64,000 nucleotides of DNA, taken from assembly GCA_035650755.1 (NCBI GenBank), contig DASRHB010000003.1, positions 3,005 through 67,004 on the forward strand, in the 5' to 3' direction. The position numbers were made by a program, and so were the translations under genes. Each line of letters opens with the position of its first letter. Positions within the stretch are counted from its first letter, which is position 1. This DNA is from Candidatus Acidiferrales bacterium. GTDB taxonomy: Bacteria > Acidobacteriota > Terriglobia > Acidiferrales > UBA7541. Below the pieces are notes generated by a model. It was not told where the DNA came from and made no database searches. It saw only the letters and a program-made list of their open reading frames with translations. This document shows, piece after piece, positions 19,256-29,048 of the stretch.

Positions 19256-20239
19256 TTGAAGCGACATCGATGTTTTTCGGCGTTCTACTTCTTCCTAACC
19301 ATTACTGCTTTGTTCATCTTTTCCTTGGTGACGTCTGCTGATTCGGCAGCCGCCGCCGGTCCTCCGGATACCGCGGCGGCCAGCGTCTCATCGGGAGCCG
19401 ACGAAAGCGCGCTCCTGCTGACGCGAACTGAAGGGATGGCTACGCGCTCTGATCGCGACACCGACCAGGAGTTGCGCCGGTCCGATCTCGTGTTGATGCA
19501 GGCCATCGCGGAGAATGATGCAGCGGCCGCTTCCACCCTGCTCGCACCGGAATTCGCCTGGATTGATCGCGACGGCCGCAGCAGAAGAAAAGCGGAGTTG
19601 ATCGGCCGGCTCATACTTCTTGAGGCCGGACCGGACACGAATGTCACCATCGAGCACTATGGCCGAATAGCGCTCATTGCCGGGAGCCACCGTCTGACCC
19701 CCGATGATGCGACGGCGCTTTTTGTCCGTGTGTGGGTCCGCCAACCCGCAGGCTGGCGGCTCTTCCTTTATCAGGAAACGACGCCGGCAGATTCCTCCGT
19801 CACGGACGCGCGCTATTCGCTGCCGCGGGCAGACTGGCAAACTTGCGAAAATCCTTGCCGTGAACTGCCGTTCAAGGCGCTTTCCTCTGATGCGCAGGAG
19901 ATCGTCGCGTCATTCATGGCCGGTGAAAAAGCCCTCTTCGATCGCGATGCACAAACGGCCGGCCGAATCCTTGCGGATGATTTTTTGCTGGTCACGCCGG
20001 AGCGCGCGCAGCCAATCGACAAAACGCAGCGAATCGCCGCCATGCGCACGACGAGCGCGGCTCAGGCCAATCAGCCGCCGACCGTTGTGTCCATGGCGCT
20101 GTGGGTTTTCGGCAATGCAGCCGTGATGGCTGCGGACGAGGTTTCGTCTTCAGGGGAAAAGTTGCGGGCCACGCGCATTTGGTCGCGGGCAGTGGGCCAG
20201 TGGCAATTAGCTTTCAGCCAGCAAACCCTCGTGCAGTAG
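19256..20239 (+). CDS. Secreted protein with two tandem DUF4440/SnoaL-like (NTF2-fold) domains
   Basis: Signal-like FSAFYFFLTITALFIFSLVTSADSAAA, then two NTF2-like modules (LMQAIAENDAAAASTLLAPEFAWIDRDG... and IVASFMAGEKALFDRDAQTAGRILADDFLLV...). The only upstream in-frame start is the TTG at 19256. Confidence 0.65.
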   Translation: MKRHRCFSAFYFFLTITALFIFSLVTSADSAAAAGPPDTAAASVSSGADESALLLTRTEGMATRSDRDTDQELRRSDLVLMQAIAENDAAAASTLLAPEFAWIDRDGRSRRKAELIGRLILLEAGPDTNVTIEHYGRIALIAGSHRLTPDDATALFVRVWVRQPAGWRLFLYQETTPADSSVTDARYSLPRADWQTCENPCRELPFKALSSDAQEIVASFMAGEKALFDRDAQTAGRILADDFLLVTPERAQPIDKTQRIAAMRTTSAAQANQPPTVVSMALWVFGNAAVMAADEVSSSGEKLRATRIWSRAVGQWQLAFSQQTLVQ

Positions 20240-20264
20240 GAAGAATCCCGGCTGCGAATTCCCG

Positions 20265-20849
20265 TTACGGCTTCGGCGAAAAGGGGCGCGGTTGGCCCGG
20301 CTTCCAGTCGGGTATCGCGTACCCATTCGCGTTTGGCATTTTGACCTTGGGAAGTGTGCTCTGATCGAGGACGTCGTCTTCGCCAATCACGCCATTCTTA
20401 TACAGGATAAACGCGGTCAGAGCGTACACCTCATCCGGCTTCAGCGTGCCTTCCTGTTTGAAGGGCATTCCGCGGTTGATGTAGTCCCAGATGGTCGTTG
20501 CGTAGGGCGAATGCACCGCCATCAGATTGTTCTCTCGAATGCATGGGTTCAGGCAAGGGCCCGCGGGACCCTTCGAGCCGGGTTGCGGCTTGATCAACAT
20601 CGGCGCCGGCCCTTCTGATCCGGTAGGCCCGTGACATGCCGCACATTTCTGCGCGAATATCGGCGCGCCCTGTTTGGCTGTGCCGCTGCCGGGCGGCAGT
20701 TCTTTCCCCTCGGGACCAATGGCAATATCCCACGCCTTGATCTCTTCGGGAGTAGGCGTTCTGCCCACGCCGTAGGTCGGCGACTGCGCCTTGACCGCGA
20801 CGCAAAACGCGAAAGCCGCCAGCGGCAGCAGAGCGCTACGCAATCGCAT
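20265..20849 (-). CDS. soxD: Mono-haem c-type cytochrome, SoxD-like subunit of sulfite dehydrogenase
   Basis: Signal peptide plus a single CAACH haem motif. Its ATG overlaps the stop of the upstream molybdoenzyme gene by 14 nt. Similarity to the SoxD N-terminal domain is from memory. Confidence 0.7.
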   Translation of the reverse strand: MRLRSALLPLAAFAFCVAVKAQSPTYGVGRTPTPEEIKAWDIAIGPEGKELPPGSGTAKQGAPIFAQKCAACHGPTGSEGPAPMLIKPQPGSKGPAGPCLNPCIRENNLMAVHSPYATTIWDYINRGMPFKQEGTLKPDEVYALTAFILYKNGVIGEDDVLDQSTLPKVKMPNANGYAIPDWKPGQPRPFSPKP

Positions 20850-22077
20850 TGTGGACGCTCCCGTCGCTCGCGACTCGCCAGGGCTGAATCATGTTGTCGG
20901 ATCCCTGAACGCCGTGCGTTTTGTAGTAATCCGGCGGCTCGTGGAAATGCTGCGCCAGTTGCCCACGTGTCGGCTGAACCTGGCCGATCTCATCTATGCA
21001 GCGCGACATGAGCACGCACTCTTGTCCGTCCCATTTCCAGGTCATGCCGAATCGGGTGTGGGCCTTGGGATGAACGTCGCCGCGAATTTCGGCTTCCTTC
21101 CAGGTTTGCCCGTTATCGGTCGAGATTTCCACTTTCTTGACGCGTCCCCCGCCCGACCACGCCAGGCCGGTGATCTGGTAGACGCCGGGACCGGATAGCT
21201 GCTGCCCGCCGGACGGATACGTGATCACCGACTTCGGTCCCCACTGGAAGGTCAGGGCGGCGACCTCCTCGTCCTTCTGAATGTGGCCGTAATCGTTGTA
21301 TGTCATGTAATAGCGATCGACCACCTTGATCCGCCGCAGCCATTTCACATTGTAAATTCCCTCGAACCCCGGAACGATCAGCCGCAACGGGAAACCCTGC
21401 TGGGGCCGCAGCGGCTCGCCATTTTGCCCATACGCAACGATCACGTCTTCCATGGCTTTCGCCAGACGAATACTGCCCGCGCCCTTTACCTCTTCCGATC
21501 CTTCCGAAACCACCCATGACGCGTTCTTTTGCAGGCCGCATTCCTTGAGTAAAGTCGAGAGCAGCACGCCTGTCCACTCGCTGCAACTGGTCAGCCCGTG
21601 CGTTTCCTGCACGGTCTTGTATTCAGGCCGCGCATGATTGCCAAGGCACTCGATGAAATGCACCTGAGAGACGGACGGGAAATGTCTCAGGTCGTCCATG
21701 CTGAACTCAAGCGGCCGGTCCACCATGCCATGAATCATCAGCTTGTGTTCTTTCGGATCAATATCCGGAACGATGGCGCCCCGATGTGTTCCGACAAAAT
21801 GCAGCGACGACGGCGTGATGATCCCCATGTGATCCTGCAATGGAGTCAAAACGTGAAACAGCATCCCGAACTGATCGGGTGACGGCCGCTCGATTACCGG
21901 CACACGGACCGAAGTCACAAACTTCGACCGCTCGCCATAGGCGACGAGTTCCTTCAGGCTTTTTTGCGGCTGCACATCCGGCAGCGCCTCTGCTGCCGTC
22001 GTCTTTATCGCCCCGACTGCCGCGGCTGCCGCGCCAGCCTTTAGAAACTTTCTTCGACTGGATTTCTTCGAAGCCAT
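20836..22077 (-). CDS. soxC: Sulfite dehydrogenase molybdopterin subunit (SoxC/SorA, sulfite-oxidase family), Tat-exported
   Basis: Twin-arginine motif SRRKFLKAGAAAAAVGA. HFVGTHRGAIVPDIDPKEHKLMIHGMVDRPLEFSMDDLRHFPSVSQVHFIECLGN (Moco-Cys region) and the dimerisation-domain motifs are SoxC-like. The ATG at 22077 follows GGGAGAG. Confidence 0.85.
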   Translation of the reverse strand: MASKKSSRRKFLKAGAAAAAVGAIKTTAAEALPDVQPQKSLKELVAYGERSKFVTSVRVPVIERPSPDQFGMLFHVLTPLQDHMGIITPSSLHFVGTHRGAIVPDIDPKEHKLMIHGMVDRPLEFSMDDLRHFPSVSQVHFIECLGNHARPEYKTVQETHGLTSCSEWTGVLLSTLLKECGLQKNASWVVSEGSEEVKGAGSIRLAKAMEDVIVAYGQNGEPLRPQQGFPLRLIVPGFEGIYNVKWLRRIKVVDRYYMTYNDYGHIQKDEEVAALTFQWGPKSVITYPSGGQQLSGPGVYQITGLAWSGGGRVKKVEISTDNGQTWKEAEIRGDVHPKAHTRFGMTWKWDGQECVLMSRCIDEIGQVQPTRGQLAQHFHEPPDYYKTHGVQGSDNMIQPWRVASDGSVHNAIA

Positions 22078-22136
22078 GGGACTCTCCCTTCGCAACGTTT
22101 CGCGTCTAGTGCAGGAATTTTCGCCGTCCGGATTCT

Positions 22137-22165
22137 GGCCTGCTTGTAGCGCCTACAAGCAGGCC
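22137..22165. promoter_or_regulatory. Perfect 13-bp inverted repeat (candidate operator or RNA hairpin) upstream of soxC
   Basis: GGCCTGCTTGTAG-CGC-CTACAAGCAGGCC, about 60 nt upstream of the soxC ATG, in the soxC/TonB-dependent-receptor divergent region. No flanking U-tract on either strand. Confidence 0.4.
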
Positions 22166-22610
22166 GCACGCATAGCATGCGGGTATACACCTCGGCGGAA
22201 TGTATGCCACTCCTCGTTTCAAATCAAGCGCAACTTGTCTGGAGTCGCCGTTCACGGCCAAGAAACGAATCGTTCTCCAAACGCCGCCATCGAAAACCCG
22301 CCATCCGCGTTCAAATGCAAAAAACGAATTCCCTCGAGCCATCTCGCCGATCGAACGAGAATCGGTCTCGTACAGGAAAATACTCAGCATAGAAAATCCT
22401 TGACTCACTAGACCTGTTTGGAGTAGCTTCTGCGCCATCTGTAAGGGGGGTGGAGTCCTCCTTTAACCGCTGCGGTCGGAAGCAGCCAATGACTCCTGAC
22501 AAGTCTAGGGTCCTTGTTGGGCTTCGCCGTCCTCGTTCGTCAAGACGCATCGCTCCTGCGCGAATCCCGGCACGTGGTGTGCGCAATTGAATTCCTTCGG
22601 GGGGTCTAGC

Positions 22611-25600
22611 ATGAGTTCAAAATTTAGGTATGGATTGTGGTGTATCGCTGTGGCTGTTTTTACAGTTTGCTTTGCTGCGCTGCCGTTGTTTTCACAAGGT
22701 ACGGCTGGTCGTATCCTCGGTTCAGTCAATGACCAAACCGGCGGCGCCATGTCTGGCGCCACGATCACGATCATTGACACGCAGAGAAACACGACGCGTA
22801 CGCTGACGACCGACGAATCGGGCGAATACAACGCCCCGAATCTCCTGCCCAGCACGTACACGGTTCGCGCCGAAGCAAAGGGCTTCAGAACCGTCGAGCG
22901 ATCCGCAATTGTACTGGAGGTTGCCGGTAATCTGCGCGTCGATCTCGTGATGCAGCCCGGCGAGCAGACCGAGAAGGTCACGGTTACAGAAGCTTTGCCC
23001 CTGGTAGAAACCACCAACGCTGAACTGGGTGGAACGCTGCAGAATCAGGTGATCAATGATCTTCCGCTCAACGGCCGGAATTTTGAGAACCTGCTGGACC
23101 TGCGGCCTGGTGTAACCAAGTACCCTGGCAATTCCGGTTGGACGCAAAGCACGAACGGCGGACGCCCGCACGATAACATGTTCCTGGTCGAGGGCGTGGA
23201 TAGCAATGATCCTTGGATGGCGCAGAGCATCATGAATGCCGTTATGGCTGCCGGCGATGCCGGCACCATTCTGCCGATCGACGCCATCGACGAGTTTAAG
23301 ACGGAAGTCAATCCTCGGGCGCAGTATGGCTGGAAGCCTGGCGCAGTGGTTAACGTTGGAGTCAAATCTGGGACTAATAGCTATCACGGGACCGCCTATG
23401 CCTACGGCCGCGACGGTGCGTGGGACGCACGCAACTTTTTCAACCCACCGCCGGGACCAGAAGCCGACCTCGCGGTAAAGCAGTTCGGCGCGAGCTTCGG
23501 CGCGCCGATTCTGAAAGACAAACTATTCTACTTTTTGAATTATGAAGGACAACGGTATAACGTCGGAAACCCGACATTTCACTCCAGCCCCATAACCGCG
23601 GCTGGTGTCGGGCCCGCCTCTCAAAACCTCGTCGGGGCTTGCAACACCGCCCGCACGGCCGGAACACTGACTGCCCTGAGCGCGCAATTGGCTGGTCTGA
23701 GCCTTACCTGCACGCCGCTTGCAAATTACCCTGGTCTCTTCCCGGCAAACCCCGGGCCGACCAAGTTCAACAACAGCAATCTAGATACAGTGAATTCGAT
23801 CAACAGCGGCGTCGCCAAACTTGATTACCATCTGAACCAGAAGAACACATTCAGCGGGATGTATTTCATTAGCCCAGGCGACGGGACTTTCGTCGATAAC
23901 GCCACCACCGAGTTCGACCCGAACCGCCTCACCTTACAACACGCCCGCGCCCAGGTCGGTTCAGGCAGTTGGACCTTTGTTCCAAATTCCAATTGGGTAA
24001 ACGAACTACGGGTGGGCTATTCTCATTATTATCAGACCTTCTTCAGTGTGGATCACACGCAAGACCCCGCAAACTACGTCGCAAATGGCGCTACATATCA
24101 CCTCTACACCGGCCAGACCGACCCTACGAGCTTTGGTTTCCCAGGAATTGTCATCCAGGGCTTCAATGGGGGATTAAATGGTGCGGGCTGGCCGAAGATC
24201 GTAGGACCTGATGGAGTGTTAAATATAACCGACCATGTCTCGTATCTGCGCGGCACGCATGCGTTTATGTTCGGATTCGAGTTCCTGAATAACCGCAGCA
24301 CCAATTTCGTGACTTCTAACACCAAAGGCGCGCTGCAATTTGCCGATTTGCCCAGCTTCTTCAGCGGTGTTATGAATCGCGACCGCTTCACTGCCGGCGA
24401 CTTCCACCGCAAGCTAAGTGATAACGGATATGCGATTTTCCTCCAGGACGACTGGCGCATCAGGCCGAGAGTTACTCTGAATCTCGGCATCCGCTATGAG
24501 ATAAACACGGTCGTGAAAGAGGCCAATAACCTGATTGGCAACTTCGATCCATCCGTCGGTCTCGAGCAGGTGGGCTTGAACATCAGTTCTCCATACAATG
24601 GAGATCACAACAACTTTGCGCCGCGTCTTGGGTTGGCGTGGGACGTCTTCGGCAATGGCAAGACGGTCATTCGCGCCGGTGGCAGCCTCATTTACGAACA
24701 GGGCAGTTTCGATTCGCTTATGGCGCTTGGGAACCTGCTTGGCTTGCGCACGATACCAACAGGCGTAGCGCTTTACTCAAACGGCAACCCGACACCAACT
24801 ACCGCCGGCGGTAACATCAATCTGGGCGCAATCACATTTACTGGCCCCGCCCTTACTCCGATCAACGCGGCATGGGCAGCAAACTCAGCGACGAACACCT
24901 TGTTCTCTGCGACCCCTGCCTGTGGCGATGGCACGGTAACACTTTCCAATGGCTTGAAACCACAACAGTGCACGGTGATGGGAATTGATCGCAACCTTGT
25001 GACGCCTTATGTGACAACTTGGACGCTCGACCTCCAGCGCGCGATTTCGACAAACCTCTCGCTCGATGTCGCGTATGTCGGCAATCATGGAACGAAACTC
25101 GTGGGCCTCACTGATATCAATACTCCGCCCCTTGATGCCGGATGGACATCGGGGATTTTAGCCGCCTGCGCCGCGGCCCCGACGCCGAAGAACTGCGCGC
25201 CCAGCGGCTCCGCGGAAACCGCTGCTCGGCCATACGCAACCAAGTTCCCATACCTGAGCTTCATTGACTGGCTCTCGAACGACAACATTTCCAATTACAA
25301 CGGGCTACAGTTCGCGCTGACCCAGCGGACATGGCATGGTCTCTCTTATGTCGCCGGGTATACGTACTCGCACGCGTTGGCTGAATCGCCGGACAACTGG
25401 AGATTCATCAATCCTATCCTCAGCAATAATCAACGTTCGCTCTACGGCAACAGTCAGTTTGACATCACTCACCGATTCACTTATTCCCTTACCTACGCAC
25501 TGCCCGGAAAGAAAACTCCAGGTCAGATTCTGGAAGGCTGGTCGATCAATTCGATCGTGAGCATTCAGAGCCCGATGCCTTGGGGTATCAATGATGTCAC

Positions 25601-26186
25601 GACGGATTTCACCGGAACGAACGCACTGAGCGATCAAGCCACTATTGGTGAGCAGTGGAACTTCTTTGGTGACGTAAAGGATTTCCAGACCACCCGCGCC
25701 TTCCTTACGAGCAACGGTGGTGGCGGCGGAATTCCCTATTTCGCCGGAACTACCAATCCAACGTGTTTGTCGAAGGCTACCGCTCTCGGCCCGCTCGCTG
25801 TAGCTTCCCTGACCAATCTTGGCTGCTACGCGAATGGCAGCTCGATCCTCATTCCGCCGGCATACGGAACCTACGGCAACACGGCGCCCAACATGTTTCG
25901 CGGTACACCTTTCCGCAACTGGGACATGTCGATTACGAAAGCATGGAAATTCAAGGAACGTCTAACAGCGCAGTTCCGTGCGGAGTTCTTTAACGTCCTC
26001 AACCATCCGAATATTTCGAACCCGTTCGGCGGACCCGGTGGCGACAACAGCTACACCGATCCGACCGCGGATGCCAACGCCTCTTTCGGCTTCCGGCCGC
26101 AAACTCCCGACGTGACCAGTTCGAACCCTGTGCTCGGATCTGGTGGTTCTCGCGCGATTCAACTCGGTCTTAAGCTGATCTTCTAG
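22611..26186 (+). CDS. TonB-dependent receptor with N-terminal carboxypeptidase-regulatory-like domain
   Basis: Signal peptide, then GRILGSVNDQTGGAMSGATITIIDTQRNTTRTLTTDESGEYNAPNLLPSTYTVRAEAKGF (CarboxypepD_reg), a plug region (NGRNFENLL...GGRPHDNMFLVEGVDSND), a long beta-barrel and a terminal ...LGLKLIF. I prefer the ATG at 22611 over the TTG at 22587. Confidence 0.9.
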   Translation: MSSKFRYGLWCIAVAVFTVCFAALPLFSQGTAGRILGSVNDQTGGAMSGATITIIDTQRNTTRTLTTDESGEYNAPNLLPSTYTVRAEAKGFRTVERSAIVLEVAGNLRVDLVMQPGEQTEKVTVTEALPLVETTNAELGGTLQNQVINDLPLNGRNFENLLDLRPGVTKYPGNSGWTQSTNGGRPHDNMFLVEGVDSNDPWMAQSIMNAVMAAGDAGTILPIDAIDEFKTEVNPRAQYGWKPGAVVNVGVKSGTNSYHGTAYAYGRDGAWDARNFFNPPPGPEADLAVKQFGASFGAPILKDKLFYFLNYEGQRYNVGNPTFHSSPITAAGVGPASQNLVGACNTARTAGTLTALSAQLAGLSLTCTPLANYPGLFPANPGPTKFNNSNLDTVNSINSGVAKLDYHLNQKNTFSGMYFISPGDGTFVDNATTEFDPNRLTLQHARAQVGSGSWTFVPNSNWVNELRVGYSHYYQTFFSVDHTQDPANYVANGATYHLYTGQTDPTSFGFPGIVIQGFNGGLNGAGWPKIVGPDGVLNITDHVSYLRGTHAFMFGFEFLNNRSTNFVTSNTKGALQFADLPSFFSGVMNRDRFTAGDFHRKLSDNGYAIFLQDDWRIRPRVTLNLGIRYEINTVVKEANNLIGNFDPSVGLEQVGLNISSPYNGDHNNFAPRLGLAWDVFGNGKTVIRAGGSLIYEQGSFDSLMALGNLLGLRTIPTGVALYSNGNPTPTTAGGNINLGAITFTGPALTPINAAWAANSATNTLFSATPACGDGTVTLSNGLKPQQCTVMGIDRNLVTPYVTTWTLDLQRAISTNLSLDVAYVGNHGTKLVGLTDINTPPLDAGWTSGILAACAAAPTPKNCAPSGSAETAARPYATKFPYLSFIDWLSNDNISNYNGLQFALTQRTWHGLSYVAGYTYSHALAESPDNWRFINPILSNNQRSLYGNSQFDITHRFTYSLTYALPGKKTPGQILEGWSINSIVSIQSPMPWGINDVTTDFTGTNALSDQATIGEQWNFFGDVKDFQTTRAFLTSNGGGGGIPYFAGTTNPTCLSKATALGPLAVASLTNLGCYANGSSILIPPAYGTYGNTAPNMFRGTPFRNWDMSITKAWKFKERLTAQFRAEFFNVLNHPNISNPFGGPGGDNSYTDPTADANASFGFRPQTPDVTSSNPVLGSGGSRAIQLGLKLIF

Positions 26187-26210
26187 ACAGTAAACCCCAG
26201 AAATGGCGAA

Positions 26211-26243
26211 AGCGCCGGGGCGATTAGCCCCGGCGCTTTTTTT
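26211..26243 (+). terminator. Rho-independent terminator of the TonB-dependent receptor gene
   Basis: 10-bp GC-rich stem AGCGCCGGGG / CCCCGGCGCT, 7-nt loop CGATTAG, followed by T7. It lies 25 nt after the stop codon. Confidence 0.85.
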
Positions 26244-26492
26244 GCGACGGCGAATTTGACACCGTCACAGGATACTTGCGTGCACATGAAGACTCCAGAT
26301 GCGCGCCGCAATCCGGATCGAGTCCTTCACCACAGGTTCAAGCTCAGCCCGCGAACTGCGCGGATGCTGGCACTTCTGCGGCGATTGGAATCGCAGATTC
26401 AACGCAATAATAATGAGGGCACCCATTCCGCAGGTGCTGATCACTGAGTTGCAGAAAAGAGCGCCCTCTGAATATTTGCCCCGCCGAAGCGG

Positions 26493-28283
26493 TTACGGTG
26501 TGATCGTTGCCGCGTAAATATTCTGATCGAGGCCACCGGTACCGTCGAAGCATGTGGTGAATGCGCTGGTGCAGGTCCCGCCGGTCTCTGGATCGCCGGC
26601 AACGTCTGCCCCGTCGTTATCCTTGGAAGCGTCCGATGCGCCTACAGTGTCGCGTTGGTCGGTCCATACTGCGCCGATTGTGTTCCCCTGGGCTGCAACG
26701 GTAATGTAGTCTCCGAAAAATGGAATGAGGCGGCCGCCGAATTGTTCGTAATTGGGATTCGTCGGCGTGCTTGTTACCTGAATACTTGCTCCCCAGGTTT
26801 TCCCTCCATCGCTCGATTCCGCGTAGCGCACGTTCAGGCACGCGGAGGTTTTTCCGCTGGCGTCATTGCACGGCGCGGTCGTTGGGGAATAATTGGGATC
26901 GCCCTTGGAGTCATACCAGGTGGCGCTGACACGGCCGGTCGACGCAGCCAGGAAGGGGAAGAACTGATGGCCCGTCAGGCTTGGCGCCAGCAAGGCCGTG
27001 CTGCTCCAGCTATTTCCCCCATTTGTGGAGTACATGTACTCAATCTGTCCCTGGCCGGAAGCCTGCGCAGCCTGAAAAGCCATGACCAAGGTTCCGTGAA
27101 CGTTATCCGCGGCGAGATAAGGAGCCGCCAGATCAAAACGCGGGAACGTGAAACCGGTTGGACAAGTAAACGGCCCGTCGCCGCACTCGCGGGCGCCATT
27201 GCCGGAGAATTGCTGGGAGACAAACGGGGTGAAGAGCACCACGAGTCGCGCCTTAGTGAAGGTCTGCCCGTAATCGGAAGACGCCGCGAAAGCAGCGCCA
27301 TCCACGGCGCCTGGAGTCTTGGCCAGAGCGCCGCCAGTGTTGCCTTCCCAGCCGATGTAAACGTTTCCACCCGTACCAATCGCGATTGAGGGTCCCTGGT
27401 TTCCGCAGATTCCTTCGGAAAGCTTGATGGGTGTGCTGAAAGTCGCGCCACCGTCGGTCGAGCGGCTGAAGAGGATTTCATTGCATCCGGTACCATGAAA
27501 ATCAGACCAGGCGGCATAGACGTTGCCGCTCACCGGGTCCACAGCGAGATTCGTTTTGTCGTTGAAGTTTCCCTGACCGAAAACGTTCGCGGCAAGGATC
27601 ACTGTGCGCACATATTTTGATCCGTCGGTCGAGGTATCGGCTGAATTTGCTGGCGAATACTTCGCCACCCAGATCGTGCCGGTGTTATCGCGAAAGCGCC
27701 CGGAGACGCCGTTCTCGGTACCGCGATTGAAGTTGTTGCCCATGTAATAGAGATTGCCGTGTCCATCCCAGGCCATGACGGGATCGCCGGCCGCGAGCGC
27801 GCCGCCGGCAACCAATGCTGCGAGAGGCGAACCGGTGCCCTCGACCGATGTGTCGCCGTTGTAGCCCGGCAGAAGGCTGTCAGTCCAATGTTTTCCTGAG
27901 TCGGTACTACGATAGAATCCCGCCCAGGCGTCCCCCACAGTCGGCACGGTGCAGTAGTCGTTCGAACCGCTTGCCCAAATGCTGGAGTCCCGGGGATCAA
28001 TGGCCAGGGTGGGCTCGTTCTGCATCCTGCGATCTTTTCCGCAACGCGCCAGTACGGCGTCGGTATAGGAACTGCCGCCCAATTGATCCGCGCTGACATA
28101 CGCCCCACTCGAATTGTTATCGACGGTCACCCGTACATTTACGCCGGCCGACTGAGCGAATGTTACCCGCGAGCCGATAAGCATGACAGCCGCTGTGAAC
28201 AGAACGCCACGCCAACGAAAACTTGTCCAAGACCTCGAAAATGAACTCACCATCGAAGAACTGGAAGCTTGTCGCAGTTTCAT
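26493..28283 (-). CDS. Secreted BNR/Asp-box repeat (sialidase-fold) protein
   Basis: Signal peptide plus several Asp-boxes (STDSGKHWT, STDGGATFS, STNGGNSWS, SSDGGKTWG). AAGGAG lies upstream of the ATG. Confidence 0.8.
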   Translation of the reverse strand: MKLRQASSSSMVSSFSRSWTSFRWRGVLFTAAVMLIGSRVTFAQSAGVNVRVTVDNNSSGAYVSADQLGGSSYTDAVLARCGKDRRMQNEPTLAIDPRDSSIWASGSNDYCTVPTVGDAWAGFYRSTDSGKHWTDSLLPGYNGDTSVEGTGSPLAALVAGGALAAGDPVMAWDGHGNLYYMGNNFNRGTENGVSGRFRDNTGTIWVAKYSPANSADTSTDGSKYVRTVILAANVFGQGNFNDKTNLAVDPVSGNVYAAWSDFHGTGCNEILFSRSTDGGATFSTPIKLSEGICGNQGPSIAIGTGGNVYIGWEGNTGGALAKTPGAVDGAAFAASSDYGQTFTKARLVVLFTPFVSQQFSGNGARECGDGPFTCPTGFTFPRFDLAAPYLAADNVHGTLVMAFQAAQASGQGQIEYMYSTNGGNSWSSTALLAPSLTGHQFFPFLAASTGRVSATWYDSKGDPNYSPTTAPCNDASGKTSACLNVRYAESSDGGKTWGASIQVTSTPTNPNYEQFGGRLIPFFGDYITVAAQGNTIGAVWTDQRDTVGASDASKDNDGADVAGDPETGGTCTSAFTTCFDGTGGLDQNIYAATITP

Positions 28284-28442
28284 GAAAGCTCCTTTCTGCT
28301 GTGATCCTGTTTACCTGTGAATACCTGCGGGGCGGGCGGATAGCATACCAAAATCATTTTCCGATATTAACCGGGAAGTGAAAACAGAAGAGGAGGCCTG
28401 GGGGCTGCCGGCGGCGCGATCTGAGGACCTAAGGCGTCGGAA

Positions 28443-28955
28443 CTACTTTGAGGAGAGAAGGCGGAGTCGGAATTTGAGGCGAGTCTGCGTGGGAACCGAA
28501 TCTACGCCATTCATTTGCTTGCCGTCGGCTTTGAAAGCACCGGCCTGTGCCGCCCATTTTTCGAAAAGGCTCGGATTGTTTTTCAGTTGCAGGAGCGCGG
28601 TCGCGATTTTCTCTGAAACCGGCATGTGCTCATTCGGAATGTAAAAGCAGGTTCCCCCGGCCGCCTTCGCCATCTCTCTGAAATCCTTGCCGATCGGCGT
28701 GCGGCTAACATAGCTGTCGTGGACTTCGAAGCGCGCATTGCCGAGGTCCAAAACGCAATAGTGGCGTCCGATTTGCGTCGCGCCAGTAAGGGCAATGACG
28801 CGGCGCAGATACTTTTCTGCGCGCTCTTCCGCTTCCGCCTGAGCGTCAGTGCTCGGCTCGTTGGTTGGCACGAGGTCAAACAAGGATCTATAGAGCATCG
28901 CTGCCGCGATCGCGAAGGTGGCCGCCAAGCAGACAATAACGAACAAATTCGACAT
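28443..28955 (-). CDS. Hypothetical N-terminally anchored protein
   Basis: 170-aa ORF with GAGG upstream of the ATG and the TM helix LFVIVCLAATFAIAAAMLY. No family recognised. It lies 93 nt downstream of the small GG-terminated ORF. Confidence 0.5.
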   Translation of the reverse strand: MSNLFVIVCLAATFAIAAAMLYRSLFDLVPTNEPSTDAQAEAEERAEKYLRRVIALTGATQIGRHYCVLDLGNARFEVHDSYVSRTPIGKDFREMAKAAGGTCFYIPNEHMPVSEKIATALLQLKNNPSLFEKWAAQAGAFKADGKQMNGVDSVPTQTRLKFRLRLLSSK

Positions 28956-29048
28956 GACAACCTCGGCGAGCCTCGAGTGCGGGGAAACGTTTCCAACAAC
29001 ACTCGCAAGCCCGCGCTCGAATGGGCAGTGCAGTGCCGGAAAGCGTCG

